Source: Paraspadella gotoi
Lineage: Eukaryota; Animalia; Chaetognatha
Direction: 5' to 3'
Assembly (NCBI GenBank): GCA_051294375.1
Contig: JBJCIZ010000239.1
Coordinates: 1,107,678 to 1,171,677, forward strand
DNA length: 64,000 nucleotides
This document shows positions 63,326 through 64,000 of the stretch, one piece after another. The notes beneath the pieces are model-generated. The model saw nothing but the letters and a program-made list of their open reading frames with translations, ran no database searches and had not been told where the DNA came from. The stretch's first letter is position 1; every line of letters begins with the position of its first letter. A program made the position numbers and the translations under genes.

Positions 63326-63446
63326 TCCATTCGCAAATCCATCAAACGCGTCGTCCACCACGGAGGCGTCAGCGTCAACGGCGTCTACCGTCCCCCGCCC
63401 TTACCAACTCCCGCTGCCATCTATGAAGAAGAGGAAAACGATTTAG
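63326..63446 (+). CDS. sdk: Sidekick exon 8 (cytoplasmic); the gene continues beyond the window
   Basis: ttcag|SIRKSIKRVVHHGGVSVNGVYRPPPLPTPAAIYEEEENDL (cf. Sdk NG.Y.RSPPRPSP...YSDED). Donor G|GTATAA. The C-terminal PDZ-binding end was not seen. Confidence 0.7.
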
Positions 63447-64000
63447 GTATAAGTTCTTTCCTTTTTTTTCTTTCTTTTTTTTTCTCTTTTTCTTTTTGAG
63501 ATTTGGTTTCTTCGGCATTTGCAATGCAAAAGACGACGTTTGAAGTGACTCTCTCTCTCTCTCTCATCTTCTCTATCCTTTCTCGCACTTTCTCTCCCTT
63601 CAATCCTCTCTTTCTCTGCATCTCTTCTCTTCCTCTAAACTTTTCATTTCTTCTCTCTCTTCCCTCCCTCTCCTAATGAGAATCGATCGTTCTCACGCAT
63701 TTTGCATTTTTTCTCCTCCTCTAAAAACCGTCAGAACCTTACACCAGCTTCGTTTGCCCGCGTAAGTTGGTAGCGCGAAAAATGTAAACAAAACAAACGA
63801 CGCACGCGCGTTAGGCACAAATTTGGAAATTTACCCAAGATGGAGTAGGAAACTTTTGTTTTGTTTTGAAAGCTTTATGTATATGTAGCTCCTTTTTGTG
63901 CATGACTAAGCTTGTGACTTTTCTAAGGTATTGTGTGTTTTTTTCTTTCTTCTCTTACTATTTCTCTTTGCGCTCTCTCTCTCTCTCTCTCTTTTTCTCT

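Overview
Animal (metazoan) genomic DNA from a gapped, partly error-prone assembly. It has GT-AG introns, AT-rich introns, GC3-rich exons and very abundant (AG)n, (GAC)n and (GAAA)n microsatellites, which produce most ORFs in the track. The main gene is a Sidekick (6 Ig + 13 FN3 + TM) on the + strand. I reconstructed eight frame-compatible exons between 34443 and 63446, and the gene runs off the right end. Most of Ig6 and all 13 FN3 domains lie in one 4,441-bp exon, and there are unusual polybasic insertions in the ectodomain. Two blocks of this gene appear twice (about 32246-37273 vs 37426-42980, and about 45295-54389 vs 54416-62919). In each pair one copy is full of indels and abuts an exact 25-N gap, so these are most likely long-read gap-filling artefacts or haplotype duplicates. 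Not evident from the ORF track: a three-exon divergent XK-related (XKR/CED-8-like) multi-pass gene on the minus strand (4999-2257), a frameshifted SLC36/Aa_trans amino-acid transporter (26598-29810) with a duplicated FEG/PLE segment, a degraded LINE with RT motifs (about 19170-21810), a tRNA-derived SINE, MITE/HINE-like elements, and three long inverted repeats carrying minimal hammerhead-ribozyme motifs of the Penelope-like-element type. All family calls come from motif recognition by eye; no searches were run.
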